Shown: piece after piece, positions 25,625 through 39,028 of the stretch
Numbering within the stretch: position 1 is the stretch's first letter
Layout of the letters: each line of letters begins with the position of its first letter
NCBI RefSeq assembly: GCF_963921235.1
Contig: NC_086097.1
Location: forward strand, 21,082,001-21,146,000
From: Mobula hypostoma
Lineage: Eukaryota
Direction: 5' to 3'
DNA: 64,000 nt
Notes under the pieces: model-generated
The model's database searches: none
Seen by the model: the letters and a program-made list of their open reading frames with translations, nothing else
Told to the model about the DNA's origin: nothing
Translations under genes and position numbers: made by a program

Positions 25625-26480
25625 GGTTTAGGATGGTGCCACTGAAGTCAGTTAATAGCTTACTGGTAGTTCAAAAGGCAAGAAATATGACTAAAACATT
25701 ATTAATAACACTTTTTCTGAGGTAAATTGTGGTAAGCTATCACTGAAAACAATGAAGAGGCAAACAAAGGTGAAGTAGACCTGAGGGTTGAGCTGTGCTG
25801 GTGCAATGCAGAGTTGTAGAGTAACATGTCTGAGACGGGGTCGGGGATGGAGTTGGAGCGAGGGCTTCAGAGAAGAGCTGAGGCGGAGGAGTTTTGGCAC
25901 CCATCCACCTAAACCAGGAGTGAGGTCGGATTGATCTCAGTGCCAAGCCAAATAGGAAAGGTGGGCAAGGTCTAGGCCCAGAGCGTACTGCTGTGGCGTG
26001 GCCCCTGTCTTAGTGCACGACAGGGTGTTTGCACAATTTAAACACTGGCTCAGATAGGGTTTCGGGACCAGAGGCGAGGGTCGGGCCAATTCCGCTTGCT
26101 CTTCTGAGATTTTCAGTTCTCTCTGTGTGGTGCTGAGCCTGTGAGACTACTCTGGCTGCTACACACTTCACGTCTGCAAGCTTCACGGCGATTTGCCCCG
26201 CAAGATGATGCACTGAGACCGAGGCTATGGGCCTAGTCCGGCTTCTCTGGGATTCAGGACGATAGACTCAACTTGGATCAGAATGCTGTTGTTTCCTTTT
26301 ATTGTTTGCATGATTTGTGCTTTCATTTCCTCTTTCTCCGCACACTGGGTGTTGGTCTTTTTTTAAAATTAGGTTCTTTTGCCTTTCTTATTTTGTGGCT
26401 GCCTGTCAGCAGATGAATCTCAAGGTTGCATAATTTATACATACATTGATAATAAGTGTATTTTGAATCCTTTTGAATCT
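25625..26480 (+). mobile_element. Non-autonomous retroelement with ttgaatc-type tail
   Basis: 3' end gatgaatctcaaggttgcat...aataagtgtattttgaatccttttgaatc is shared with other Rex1-like 3' ends in the window. Confidence 0.55.
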
Positions 26481-26959
26481 TGACTTCACAATCTACCTCA
26501 TTGTGACTTTGTGTCTTATTGTCTACTTGTAATACGTAACACACTTACTCCATAACCGTAATATTTATTCTGCATTCTGCTATAATTTTACCTTGTCCTA
26601 TCTCAATGCACTACTGTAATTGAATTTGTCAGAATCTGTTTAATGTAATCAGCATATGTTGTGTAATTTGTTGTTGTGCGCCAGCACTACACTACAATAC
26701 ATAATAATAAAATCTGTAAATTACAGAAAGTATATATAACCATAACCATATAACAATTACAGCACGGAAGCAGGCCATCTCGGCCTGTCTAGTCCGTGCC
26801 GAACTCTTACTCTCACCTAGTCCCACCGACCTGCACTCAGCCCATAACCCTCCATTCCTTTCCTGTCTATATATCTATCCAATTTAACTTCAAACGACAA
26901 CATCGAACCTACCTCGACCACTTCTGCTGGAAGCTCGTTCCACATTTAATTAAATTAAG

Positions 26960-27510
26960 TAAGTAGTGAGGTAGTGTTCATGGGTTCAAAGTCTATTCAG
27001 AAATCTGACTGCAGAGGAGAAGAAGTTGTTCCTAAATCATTGAATGTGTGCGCCTTCAGGCTCCTGTACTTCCTCCCTGATGGTAGCAATGAGAAGAGGG
27101 CATGTCCTGGGTGATGGAGGTCCTTAATGATGGATGCTGCCTTTTTGAGGCATTGCTCCTTAAGATATCCTGGATGCTGGGGAGGCTGGTGCCAATGATG
27201 GAGCTGACTGAGTTTACAATTTTCTGCAGCTTATTTCGATCCTATGCAGTGCCCCCCCATACCAGACGGTGATGCAGCCAGTTAGAATGCTCTCCACATT
27301 ACATCTGTAGACAATTGTGAGAGCCTTTAATGACAAACCAAACCTCAAGCTCCTAATGAAGTATAACTGCTGCCGTGCTTTCTTTGTAATTGCATCAATA
27401 ATGTTGGGCCCAGGATAGATCCTCAGAGATATTGACACCCAGGAACTTAAAAATGACGTCTTTTTCCACTTCTGAACCCTCTGTGGGGACTGGTGTGTTT
27501 TCCCTTGCTT
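26960..27510 (-). mobile_element. Rex1-like LINE 3' fragment
   Basis: KKARQQLYFIRSLRFGL..YRCNVESILTGCITVWYG. Confidence 0.8.
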
Positions 27511-28267
27511 TATGCTTCCTCACCGCACCTCATTATTCTCACTGTTCCTCGGTACATGCGACAAAAATAAACCAATTCCAATTTCTACACAATGGACAAG
27601 AGGTGCTGCTTCCTTGCAAACTCCACTAGTGTTTCCCAGATATGGTGTTGGGGAATCATACCATCAGATTCATCCTGCGAAAGGGAATTCTTCCATCTCC
27701 ATCTGTATCAGCTCTTTACTTTTCCCATTTCTTATCCACTCCATATTCCTATCAACTCCCACAGGATCTACCACGCCCCTTCTACACACGTGGGATAATT
27801 TACAATGGCCAATTATCCTACCAGCCCCTACGTATTTGGGACATGGGATGAAGCTGAAGTACCTGGAGCTATTTGGCCTTTTATTTAGTTCTTTCACAGA
27901 GTGAGCTGAGGGACAATGCAGTATCATATTTAAAGCGGAGACTGGTAGATCGTTGATTAGTAAGGACATCAAAGGTTATGGGGAGAAGGCAGGAGAAAGG
28001 GGATGAGGGGGAGAGAAGTCAGCCATGATCTAATGGTGGAGAAGACTCGATGGGCTGAATAGCCTAATAGTGCTCCTGTGTCTTATGGTCTTAAAGCGAC
28101 ATTTGAGCCCTCTGTGCTTGTTTAGAGACAACAGGCAAAGGGAGTGTTCAGAAGTTTACAGGAAGTTGCGGGGCCTGGGGGAATGCTGAGCTGAGAACAG
28201 TGACCAGAAGAGCTTTCATCCCTCCCTTGGGGTTTTAACTCTTTTTAAGAATGTGAAAGGGAGGCAC

Positions 28268-28818
28268 CATAGTCATAGTCGTAGTCATACTTTATTGATC
28301 CCGGGGGAAATTGGTTTTCATTACAGTTGCACCATAAATAATAAATAGTAATAAAACCATAAATAGTTAAATAGTAATATGTAAATTACGGCAGGAAATA
28401 AGTCCAGGACCAGCCTATTGGCTCAGAGTGTCTGACCTTCCAAGGGAGGAGTTGTAAAGTTTGATGGCCACAGGCAGGAATGACTTCCCATGACGCTCTG
28501 TGTTGTATCTCGGTGGAATGAGTCTCTGGCTGAATGTACTCCTGTGCCCAACCAGTACATTATGTAGTGGATGGGAGACATTGTCCAAGATGGCATGCAA
28601 CTTGGACAGCATCCTCTTTTCAGACACCACCGTGAGAGAGTCCAGTTCCATCCCCACAACATCACTGGCCTTACGAATGAGTTTGTTGATTCTGTTGGTG
28701 TCTGCTACCCTCAGCCTGCTGCCCCAGCGCACAACAGCAAACATGATCGCACTGGCCACCACAGACTCGTAGAACATCCTCAGCATCGTCCAGCAGATGT
28801 TAAAGGACCTCAGTCTCC
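28268..28818 (-). mobile_element. Young Rex1-like LINE 3' end with (ACTATG)n tail
   Basis: Open MLRMFYESVVASAIMFAVVRWG..HPLH..RQSFLP-like KSFLPVAIKLYN; near-identical 3' end on + strand at ~56578-56838. Confidence 0.85.
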
Positions 28819-29404
28819 AAACCTGAATTAGTTTAGAATGGTGTCTGACACACTAATTGACAGCTCTCTGAATGAGGATGTGCTGCAATTGTATTCTGGG
28901 GTCTCTGCCTGAATCTTGGAACGTGGAATCGTTTGTTCTGGTCGGCTGAGCAGCTAATTGTGCATCGACTCCCAATTTAAAAGCACTGTGGGGGTACTTC
29001 CATCATGCACGCTGCAGCAGTTCAAGAAGGCAGCTCAGTACTATCTTCTCAAGGTTGGGTAAGGTCAGTAAGTGCCAGACCTGCCAGCACGGTCCACATC
29101 CAGCCAGTGAATCCATTTTAAAACATCTTCTTTGTGAGATGGTCATTTCCATATCTTTTTTGCAGGTTTGCCTCCCTCCAACTCACAGTTTGAAGAGAGA
29201 GCTGTCTTTGTTACGGTCTACTTATCTGGTATCTTTAAGTAAAGCCCTTTCAAATGTTACATTGGGGTGTAGATTAGTTATTTTTCTTATAATTTAACTT
29301 TCCTACATTAGCTTGTATTTTTATATTGTCACCTAGACAAGTGCATTTTCCAGTAATCATGGCCCAGTTGCTTCTGTACTTTTCTAGAAAAACATCTATT
29401 TTAG

Positions 29405-29870
29405 CGGAATTGGCCATTTGGCCCATCGACTCTGCTCTGCCATTCATCATGGCTGATTTATTATCCCTCTCATCCCCATTTTCCTGCCTTCTCCCCATAA
29501 CCTTTGATGCCCTGACTAATCACGAAGCTATCAACCACCACTTTAAAGTATACCCAATGACTTTGCCTCCACAGCTGTCTGAGGCAAAGAATTTCACAGA
29601 TTCACCACCCTCTGGCTGAAGAAATTCCTCCTCATCTCTGTTCTAAGGGGACCACCTTCTATTCTGAGGCTGTACTCTCTGGTCCTGGGCTCCCCCACAA
29701 TAAGAAACATCTTCTCCACATCCATTCTATACAGGTCTATCACCATCCAACAGGTTTCAATGAAACTCCCCCCCTCATTCTTCTAAATTTCAGCATCTCC
29801 AGGCTCAGAGTCACCAAATGCTCCTCATGCTTTAACCATTTCATTCCCGATATCATTCACATGAATATCC
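29405..29870 (-). mobile_element. CR1 LINE 3' fragment
   Basis: Reverse complement of the CR1 3' end seen at 35843-36362 and 61820-62508. Confidence 0.8.
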
Positions 29871-29877
29871 TTTTGAA

Positions 29878-29956
29878 CAGGGGCTCCCAACCTTTTTGTG
29901 CCATGGACCTCTACCATTAACTGAGGAGTCCATGGACCCCAAGTTGGGAACCCTTG
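29878..29956. mobile_element. ~79-bp hAT (Charlie-like) MITE
   Basis: Termini caggggctcccaacc / agttgggaacccttg; internal ccatggacc motifs; imperfect 8-bp flanks cttttgaa / ttttagaa. Confidence 0.65.
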
Positions 29957-30641
29957 TTTTAGAAGCTTCTTAATTTTCTGCAGGAGGAGTCATGCCACTT
30001 GAATCTGACTATTTTATAGCTTAATTGATACCACTGGAATTTTGTTTTCTCTCTTCTGACCATGGCCACTTTTTCCTTATTCTTTCCTTTGTTCTCTCAG
30101 CTCTCTCTTGTTCCCTTTCTGCTCTTGTAATGCTTAATAAAATGATAGTGAGCAAAAGGTCTTATGCCTCATTCTTGCCTTCCGAAGAGCCTTTGTATGA
30201 CAAAAGCATCAGGATCCAATACAACGGACAACAAATCCTACTCAAAGCAGGCCAATGCAACAGTATTTATCACACAACCTTTCAAACGTGGTCTAGATTC
30301 CCAACATCCTTTCTGCTTTGGTCAGCTTCACAAAATCCTTTGCTGCAGGGATGTGTTGATGGAAATGATATGTTTCCACTGCGGGGTAGTGATCCCAAAC
30401 CAGCCTTCCTGTAATTCTATTTTAGTTGTGATTGACTGCATGAGTTACCCTTTGTTCACCCTTCATGATGCAATCCATGAATGTACATGGGCACAATGGG
30501 TTTCTTATAATCCAAAAACCATCAGCGTAAATCATTGCTGTTAACCTAGCTCCCGTTTCACTGTTATTCCAGAGTCACAGTCAACGGGGAATAAGCTGTG
30601 AAAAGAAACGGCACTTGAACACGACGTGCCTGGCTAAATTA

Positions 30642-31901
30642 CAGTGCCTATAAAAAGTATTCGCCCTCCTAGGAAGTTTTCATGTTTTATTGTTTTACAA
30701 CATTGAATCACAGTGGATTTAATTTGGCTTTTTTTGGGACACTGATCAACAGAAAAAGACTCTGTCGTGTCAAAGTGAAAACAGATCTCTACAAAGCCAT
30801 CTAAATCAATTACAAATATAAAAAATAATTAACACCCTCCTCCCTTTAAAATGACACATCAATCATCACCGGTGCAGCCAATTGGTTTTAGACCTCACAC
30901 AATTAGTAAAATGGAGATCTGTTTTTGAAGACCTGTGTGTAGTCAAGGTGTTTCAATTGATTGCCATAAAAATACACCTGTATCTGGAAGGTCCACCTGC
31001 TGGTGAGTCAGTATCCTGGCAAAAACTACACCATAAAGACAAAATACACTCTAAGCAACTCCACAAAAAAGTTATTGAGAAGTACAAGTCAGGAGATGGA
31101 CACAGGAAAATTTCCAAGTCCCTGAACATCCCTTGGAGTCAATCATCAAGAACTGGAAAGGATATGACACAGCTGTAAATCTGCCTGGAGCAGACCATCC
31201 TAAAAAACCTGAGTGACCGTGCGAGAAGGGGACTAGTGAGGGAGGCCACGAAGAGACCTATAACGACTCTGGAGGAGTTACAAGCTTCAGTGGCTGAGAT
31301 GGGAGAGACGGCACATACAACAAATGTTGCCCGGGTTCTTCATCAGTCGCAGCTTTATAGGACAGAGGCAAAGAAAAAACTCACATGAAATCGTGGTTAG
31401 AGTTTGCCAGAGATCAGCTGGAAGCTGGAAGCTCCTGTGGTCTGATGAACCCAAAGTCGAGCTTTTTGGCCTTCACTAAACACTATGTTTGGTGTAATCC
31501 CAACACCACATATCATCAAAAACATCCCATCACTACCGTGAAGCGTGGTGGTGGCTGCATCATGCTGTGGGGATGCTTCACTGCAGCAGGCCCTGGAGGG
31601 CTTGTCAAGGTAGAGGGTAAAATGAATGCAGCAAAATGCAGGGAAATCCTGGAAGAAAACTTGATTCAGTCTGCAAGAGAACTGCGACTTGGGAGAATTT
31701 GTGGCTGGACTTGAAAAGGGCTGTTCACTCACGATCCTCTTGTAGTCTGACAGAGCTTGAGCAGTTTTGTAAAGAAGAATGGGGAAAAATTACAGCATCC
31801 AGATATACAAACCTGATAGAGACCTATCCACACAGACTCAAGGCTGTAATTGCTGCTGAAGATACACCTACTAAACACTGACTTGAGGGGGTGAATAATT
31901 G
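30642..31901 (+). mobile_element. Defective Tc1 transposon
   Basis: TA-CAGTG left terminus; HTH KVIEKYKSGDG..KISKSLNIPWS; WSDE; TVKRGGGCIMLWGCF; ENLW..LKRAV; YPHRLKAVIAA; frameshifted and right end truncated. Confidence 0.9.
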
Positions 31902-32279
31902 TCCTCCTTAAACATTTCACCTTTCACCCTTAACCTATGACTGGTTTTTCTAGTCTCACCCAACCTCAGTGGAAAATGTCTGCTTGTATTTACCCTATCA
32001 ATACCCCTCATAACAGGGCAACAGGGAAATAAATAGGTGTGGGCACAGTGACTGATGAGCTTGCTCTGCTGGGAGCTGCCATTGTCCTGATGGCACAAAC
32101 GGCTTTGTTTGGTGTTGTAAAGAAGATTAACTTGTACCTTTATTTGTCACATGCACATCAAAACGCTCCTCTCATCACAGGTTACCCCCAGCTTTCCATT
32201 CACCACCCTCATTTCACCCGGTCATCAGGTTCACTGCTGAGTTGGGGACCCACCTGCCTGCAACCCGTCGCCTTCACCT

Positions 32280-32835
32280 TGTAAATGTGCGGAGATAGAG
32301 GAAACCCTCGACCTCACCAAGCTCCCATAGGAATACCATGTTTTCGCCATCGCTTCCAGTAAACAATATTTCGCTAATAAACTGCAAAATAACAAGCCAC
32401 AAGGAGCCACAAAACAAGAGAGAACAGATACTAAACACAGCAGGCAACAAGGTCACTGAAGGCTAGGGACAATTGGTGGAGTCTGGCTGGCAAGGATTGT
32501 GGGTTAGAGCTGGGTTTAAATAGGCTGCAGGTGATGAAGTTGGAAACAAGTGGCTGGTGACTTCGGTCACCTGGGTGGAGACTGGGAGGAGCGTGCATGT
32601 GCAGGCCTGACAGGATTGCCACCAGACTCTGGTTGGCTCCCAACGGCCCAGTAGGATCTGGATGGGTCCGGTGGAACTCTTCAATGAGTGTTGGATCCAA
32701 GATGTAACAGGACAGCACTCAAGATCTCTCCTCTGGTCATACCCTTCCCCGTCGACCAGGTATCGTACGTCCTGTGCACAATGACGTGAATCTATCAACT
32801 GGTGAACCGTGTACACTGAACCACCTTCCACCATC
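32280..32835 (-). mobile_element. Chromovirus-type Gypsy 3' fragment: chromodomain plus LTR (32280-32612)
   Basis: VEGGSVYTVHQLIDSR...VRYLVDGEGY resembles the integrase chromodomain (Y.V..I.DSR..YLV.W.GY); followed by TGTCA...TACA. Confidence 0.7.
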
Positions 32836-34077
32836 TTTGGTTCTGAAGTACTGGCTCCCGGTTATATTTAAAGCAGAGATTGATAGGTTCTTGATTAGTC
32901 AAGGCATCAAAAGTTACGAGGAGAAGGCAGGAGAATGGAGTTGAGAGGGATAATAAATCATTCGTGATGGGATGGTAGAGCAGACTTGATGGGCTGAATG
33001 GTCTAATTCTGCCCCATGGTTTCATGGTCTTGTGGTCTTATGTATAGACAAGAATGGTCACCAGGTATACACAGCAAAATCCCACAAATACCAAATGAGA
33101 GAAGTGACCAGCTGACCTTTGCTGTTGATGGAAGTTGGATGCTCAGGAGCTAGTAGAAGATGGCCCCAAAGCTTAGTCCAATTATTTACTAATCATGGTG
33201 GCAACACGGGGGAATTATTTTCATGTATTTATTTATTTAGAGGTACAGCGTGGAACAAACCATTCTGGCCCTTCGAGCTGCACCACTGCCGAGCAGCCAC
33301 CAACTCAACTCCAGCCTAATTACAGGACAACTTGGAATGACCAGTAGGTCTTTGGACTGTGGGAGGAAACCGGAGCACCCGGAGAAAACCCACACGCACA
33401 CAGGAAGGAAAGTATAAACTTGCTTAGAGAGGACACTGGAATTGAACTTCGAACTCCGACATCCCGAGATGTAATAGTGTCACTGTGGCGGTAGTGTCGT
33501 TGTTTTTAATACAGTGAATCTTGAATACATTGCCTGAAAAATCAGTGGAGACAGGTTCGCAAGCTTACAACATAAATAAAAAAAGACTTTTATTCTCATA
33601 GGAACAGTGGAAGATGAGAGGTGACTTGATACAGGTGTATAAGATTATGAGAGGCATAGATAGGGTGACAATGGCCAATACCAGAGGACATCAGTTTAAG
33701 AGGAGTGGAGGAACGTTTAGGGGAGATGTCAGAGGTAGTTTCTTGCACAGAGAATAGTGGGTGTTTGGAACACTCTGCTAGAGATGGTCGTAGAGGCTGT
33801 TACAAAAGGGACATTTAAGAGACGGTTAGATAAGCATGTGGATGAAGTTAAAAGGGATGGTTATGAGTTATGCAGGAGGGAAGGGATAGATAGATTGTGG
33901 AGTCATTTTCCGTACATCAGCACAGTGTTGTGGGATGAAGGGCCTGTACTGCGTTCACTGTTCTATTTTCTATGTACTTGCAATGCTGCAGAGAAGCAGC
34001 AGGACACGTGGACTATTCGAGTGAGTCTTTCAGAGAGCTTACACGTCAGCACTTGGATGAGCAATGAGAATCTATGA

Positions 34078-34577
34078 TTTCAACAAATTCAAGATTAGAG
34101 TCATAGAGCACAAAAGTATAGAAACAGGACCTTCGGCCCATCTAGTCCATGCTGACCTGTAGTCCATTGACCTACACCTGGACCACAGCCCTCCATAGCC
34201 ATCTCATCCATGCACTGTAATTTCAACAAGTTCAAGATTAGAGTCATAGACAACATAGAAATAGGACCTTCGGCCCATCTAGTCCTTTACTGACTTAACT
34301 AATGGTTTGTTACGCTGCTGGCGCTTAGGGAAGCAATGAAGGTCCTCCATCTCTGTCTGTCTAGTCCATGCTGTCCTGTAATTCTGCCCAAGTCCAATGA
34401 CCTGCACCTGGACCACAGCCCCCCACAGCCATCTCATCCATGCACTGTAATTTCAACAAGTTCAAGATTAGAGTCATAGACAGCATAGAAATAGGACCTT
34501 CGGCCCATCTAGTCCATACTGACCTGTAATTCTGCCCAAGTCCCATCGACCTGCACCTGGACCAAAGCCCTCCATAA
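34078..34577. repeat. Local triplication of a CR1-tail plus flank unit
   Basis: tttcaacaaRttcaagattagagtcataga...ggaccttcggcccatctagtcc begins at 34078, 34221 and 34451. Confidence 0.85.
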
Positions 34578-35842
34578 TCAAATCATCCATGAACTTCTCC
34601 AAACCTCACGTAAATGTTGCAACCTGACCTGCACCCACCAGCAGTACCGAGTATGACCAGCAAGGGGCAGCCTGTGCCCAGCAGATGTCTGGTGTTTCGC
34701 CAGCTCCAGCTTTGCAGGGCTGTATACTTTATTTGCATTAAACACCCCACTCTGACAGTAATTTGCTTTCCTAACCCACCACAGCACTCATCATCATTTG
34801 AAAGTTAACGTAATGATGGCTGGAATTTTGTAAAATAAATCCAAATGCTCTGTGGACGTGATCAATACAATTGAAATGAAATGACATTTCATGGAATGTA
34901 ACAAAGGGTGTTCGTACGCAGAGGAAAGATTAGCTCTATTTGTCACATGTACATCAAAGCATAACAGTGAAACGTATCAAATGAAATCAGTGAGGATTGT
35001 GCTTCGCAGTCCACAAGTATCGCCATGCTTCCAGTGCTAACATAACATGCCCACAGCTCACAAGTGGAATGTAGGAGGAAACTGGAGCATCTGGAGGAAA
35101 CCTACATAGTTGTGGGAAAAATGTATGAACTCTTTACAAAGGGAACAGCTATGAATTGCTGGATGGGATCAACTATCATTTTGGCACAAGGGTAACATAA
35201 TTCCAAAGGTTTCATAAATGAATGACTTCCTTACAAAAACTTTTTCTCAAAAGGAGAGTCATTTAACAAATAAGTTCAAAGCTAATGAGATGTGATTTTC
35301 AAAACCTCTCTGCCAAAATATACCTTCTCTGATTCTATTAATCATTTCTGAGATCCCTTGTGAGTAATGACTCACTTTACTCAGCCAAAGACATCACAGA
35401 TCTAGAGAATGCCAATAGATACTGCACAGGATTGGAAAAAGCTGCAGCAAGCTCCATCATGTGTAATTGTTATATGGTTATATGACCATTAGCCTTTCCA
35501 CCATCCAGGACTTTCCAAAAGGCGATGCCTCAAAATGGCAGCCTCCGTTATTAAGGATCCCTTCCCCACCATCCAGGACATGCCCTCTTCTCACTTTTAT
35601 CATCAAAGATTTCCTCAATGTCTTAGGAACAGCATCTTCCCCTCCATCATCAGATTTTTGAATGGACAATGAGCCCATGAACACTACCTCATTATTGTAA
35701 TTTATAGTATATTTTATGTTTTCCACTGCCGCAAAACAACAAATTTCACAGCATGCATCAGTAATTATAAACCCGATTCTGCTCCTGATTCTGATTCTGA
35801 CCACAATGCTTCCCACCAAAATATTATTAATCCCAGGGAAAC

Positions 35843-36362
35843 CATTGATGTGCTGGCATTGGAGAGAGTCCAGAGGAGCTTCACAGGAATGATCACGGGA
35901 ATGAAAGAGTTAACGTATGAGGATGTTTGATGCCTCTCAGCCTGTACTTGCTGGAGTTGAGAAGAATTGGGGGGAGGGGTGGGGATCTCATTGAAACCTA
36001 TCGAATATTGAAAGGCCTAGATAGAGTGGATGTGGAGACAATGCTTCCTATAGTTAAGGAGTCTAGAACCAGGGGCACAGCCTCAGCATAGAAGGACGTC
36101 CCTTAGAGCAGAGATGGGAAGGAATTTCTTTAGCCAGAGGGTGGTAAATCTGTGGAATTCCTTGCTACAGATTGCTTTGGAGGCCAAGTCAATGTGTATA
36201 TTTAAAGCGGAGTTTGAGAGGTTCTTGATTAGTCAGTGTCAAAGAAGAATGGGGAGAAGGCAGAAGAATGGGGTTGAGAAGGATAATGTCAGCCATGACG
36301 GAATGGCTCAGCAGACTCAATGGGCCGAATGGCCTAATTCTGCTCCTGAGTTTTATGGTCTA
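35843..36362 (+). mobile_element. CR1 LINE 3' fragment
   Basis: LALERVQR, RNFFSQRVVNLWNSL, 3'UTR gggccgaatggcctaattctgctcct. Confidence 0.85.
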
Positions 36363-38021
36363 ATAGTCTAAATGTTAAGACAGGTCCTTAAATATTAATG
36401 CGTACCTAAAGCATAGGCAAATGAGAGTCACCTGCAATCACATATAATAAACTTGCCAAAATAGATGCATGTACAGGTCCATAGAGTTTTGAGGCCCAGA
36501 GCTATGGATAGATTACTGCTGGTAGACGCTGATTGGTATCTTTGCTTGTTTATGAGAGTCCTATTTCTTGAAGTTCTCAATCTACAAGATAGAGTGTGGG
36601 GAGGTGTCAGAATGTGAGAGTGAATCATTGGACTGGCTAAAGGACACTGACTTGTCTAATGGGCTAATTCTTTGTTGTTATTTTGTGTGAGGGTTTTTTT
36701 GCATATTTATTCAATAGGTTGTTTTTTAAACAGTGGTTTAATTTCCTTTGGAGCAAAATGATGTGGTTATGATAAAATCCACATAAAAACAGAGATTGCA
36801 GTAAATCATTCGGCAGGTCAGGCAGTATTTATGGAAAGAGAAACAGTTAATGTTTCATGTTGAGGACTCTGTTTACATGACTAAACTTTGCACTGTTCTG
36901 TTGTATTGTGCTCATTGCTGTAATTAGTGTTGTATTTATTATTACCACCTTTAGACCCGAAGACACAGGAGCAGGATGAGGCATTTGGTCTAGTGAGTCT
37001 GGTCTGCCGTTCAATTGTGGCTGACTTATTATCCCCCTCAACCCCATCAACATCGACTCTATCCAGACATTTCAATCTTTCACAGCTTTCAATGAGATCC
37101 CCCCCCCCCCTCATTCTTCTGAACTCCAGCAAGTACAGGCCCAGAGCCATCAAATGCTCCTCATATGTTAACCCTTCTATTCCTGGGATCATTCTTGTGA
37201 ATCTCCTCTGGACCCTTTCCAATGCCAACACATCCTTCCTCAGACAAGATAAAACTTCTCACAATACCTCACGTTTACTCTGTGAACCTCACTTGAGCAA
37301 GGAATTTCAGTGGACCCCAGGTGCATTTGAGAATGAAATAATCTGAATCTTCTTGAGCCAATTCCTTGACATTGAGGAAGTCATAGCTCCACTGCGACAC
37401 ACACAAAATGCTGGAGGAACTCAGCAGGTCAGGCAGCGTCTATGGAGAGGAATAAACAGTCTACATTTTGGGCTTAGACCCTTCATCAGGATTAGAAAGG
37501 AAGGGGGCAGAAGGCCGAAGGCAGAATACTGAGGTAGAAGGAGTGCAAGTTTGCAGGTAATAGGTGAGTCCAGGCGAGGGGAAGTTTGCAGGTAATAGGT
37601 GAGTCCAGGTGAAGGGAAGTGCTTCCACTGTGTTTTTGTGGGCTCTGAGCTCAGTGATGAGGTGAATGTAGGAAAGGAGAAGTCTGACTGGGCAAGCAGA
37701 TGGAGAGACTGTGAGGTACAGCCTCCTTCCAGTGCTTATGTAAGATAAAGATTAGCTTTATTTGTCACATGTACAGTACATTGAAACATACAGTGAAATA
37801 TATTGTTTTGTGTTAGGGGCGGCCTGCAAGTGTTGCCATGTTTCCAGTGTAAACACAGCAGGCCCACAACTCACTAACCCTAATCTGTACGTTTTTGGAC
37901 TGTGGGAGGAAACTGGAGCACCTGGAGGAAGCCCGTGCAGTCACAAGGAGAATGTACAAACTCCTTACAGACAGCGGCGTGATTTGAACCATGATTGCTG
38001 GCACTGTAAAGGATATTAAGA

Positions 38022-38490
38022 CCATAAGATACAGCAGCAGAATCAGGCCATTTGGTCCATCGAGTCCACTCCACCATATCATCATGGCTGATCCATTTTC
38101 CCTCTCAGCCCCAGTCTCCTGCCTTCCACCCATATCCCTTCATGTCCTGACCAATCAAGAATCTATCAATCTCTGCCTGAAGTATACCAAATGACTTTGC
38201 CTCCATGGCTGCCTGTGGTAACGAATTCCACAGATTCACCACTCTCCGGCTAAAGAAATTCCTCCTCATCTCTGTTCTAAAAGAATGCCTCTCTATTCTG
38301 AGGCTGTGTCCTCTGGTCTTAGACTCCCCGACTATAGGGAACATTCTCTCCACAACTACTCCATTGAGGACTTTCAACACTTGATAGGTTTCAATGAGAT
38401 CACCCCTCATTTTCTTCTGAATTCCGGTGAGTAGAGGCCCAGAGCTATCAAACGCTCCTCATATGATAAACCTTTTGATCCTGGAATCGT
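38022..38490 (-). mobile_element. CR1 LINE 3' fragment
   Basis: MRGDLIETYQVLK..TRGHSLRI..RRNFFSRRVVNLWNSLP. Confidence 0.85.
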
Positions 38491-39028
38491 GCTAATCAGA
38501 GCTTCTCTGTGTTCCTTGAGGTTCACAAGAGCGCCCAGAAGCTCCTCCTCCACTTTGAATGGTTGTGGGGCTGATATTTAAATATGCCTTTTCCAAAGAG
38601 ACATTGAGCACATCTGTTCCCATAATTCTTTCAGGGAGTATATCCCTCATTACAATAACACTCTTAGTTATACAATTTTACCCAGTCAAACACCTTTGCT
38701 GGAGATACAACTAATTTTGGATTGCATATCTTCATCGCTACAGTTGGAATGTCATCAGGTCTCACTGTATCCGATGGTCTCAAGCCTTACTTTTTATCGT
38801 GTGACTTGTCCGTAGATTGTACTCCTCGTCCAAAATTTTGAATCTGTTCTCTAAAGTACTCTCTTTAAGAATGGAAGGTTGTGGATTGGGTAGGAGGCTC
38901 CAGATGATCAATTCTGCAGATGCTGGAGATCTTGAGCAACATACACAAAGTGCTGGAGGAACTGCGTAGACAGGACAGTCCCTCGCCTTCTCAGACAAAA
39001 GCCTGAAAGAGTCATAAGGGAGCGTTGG

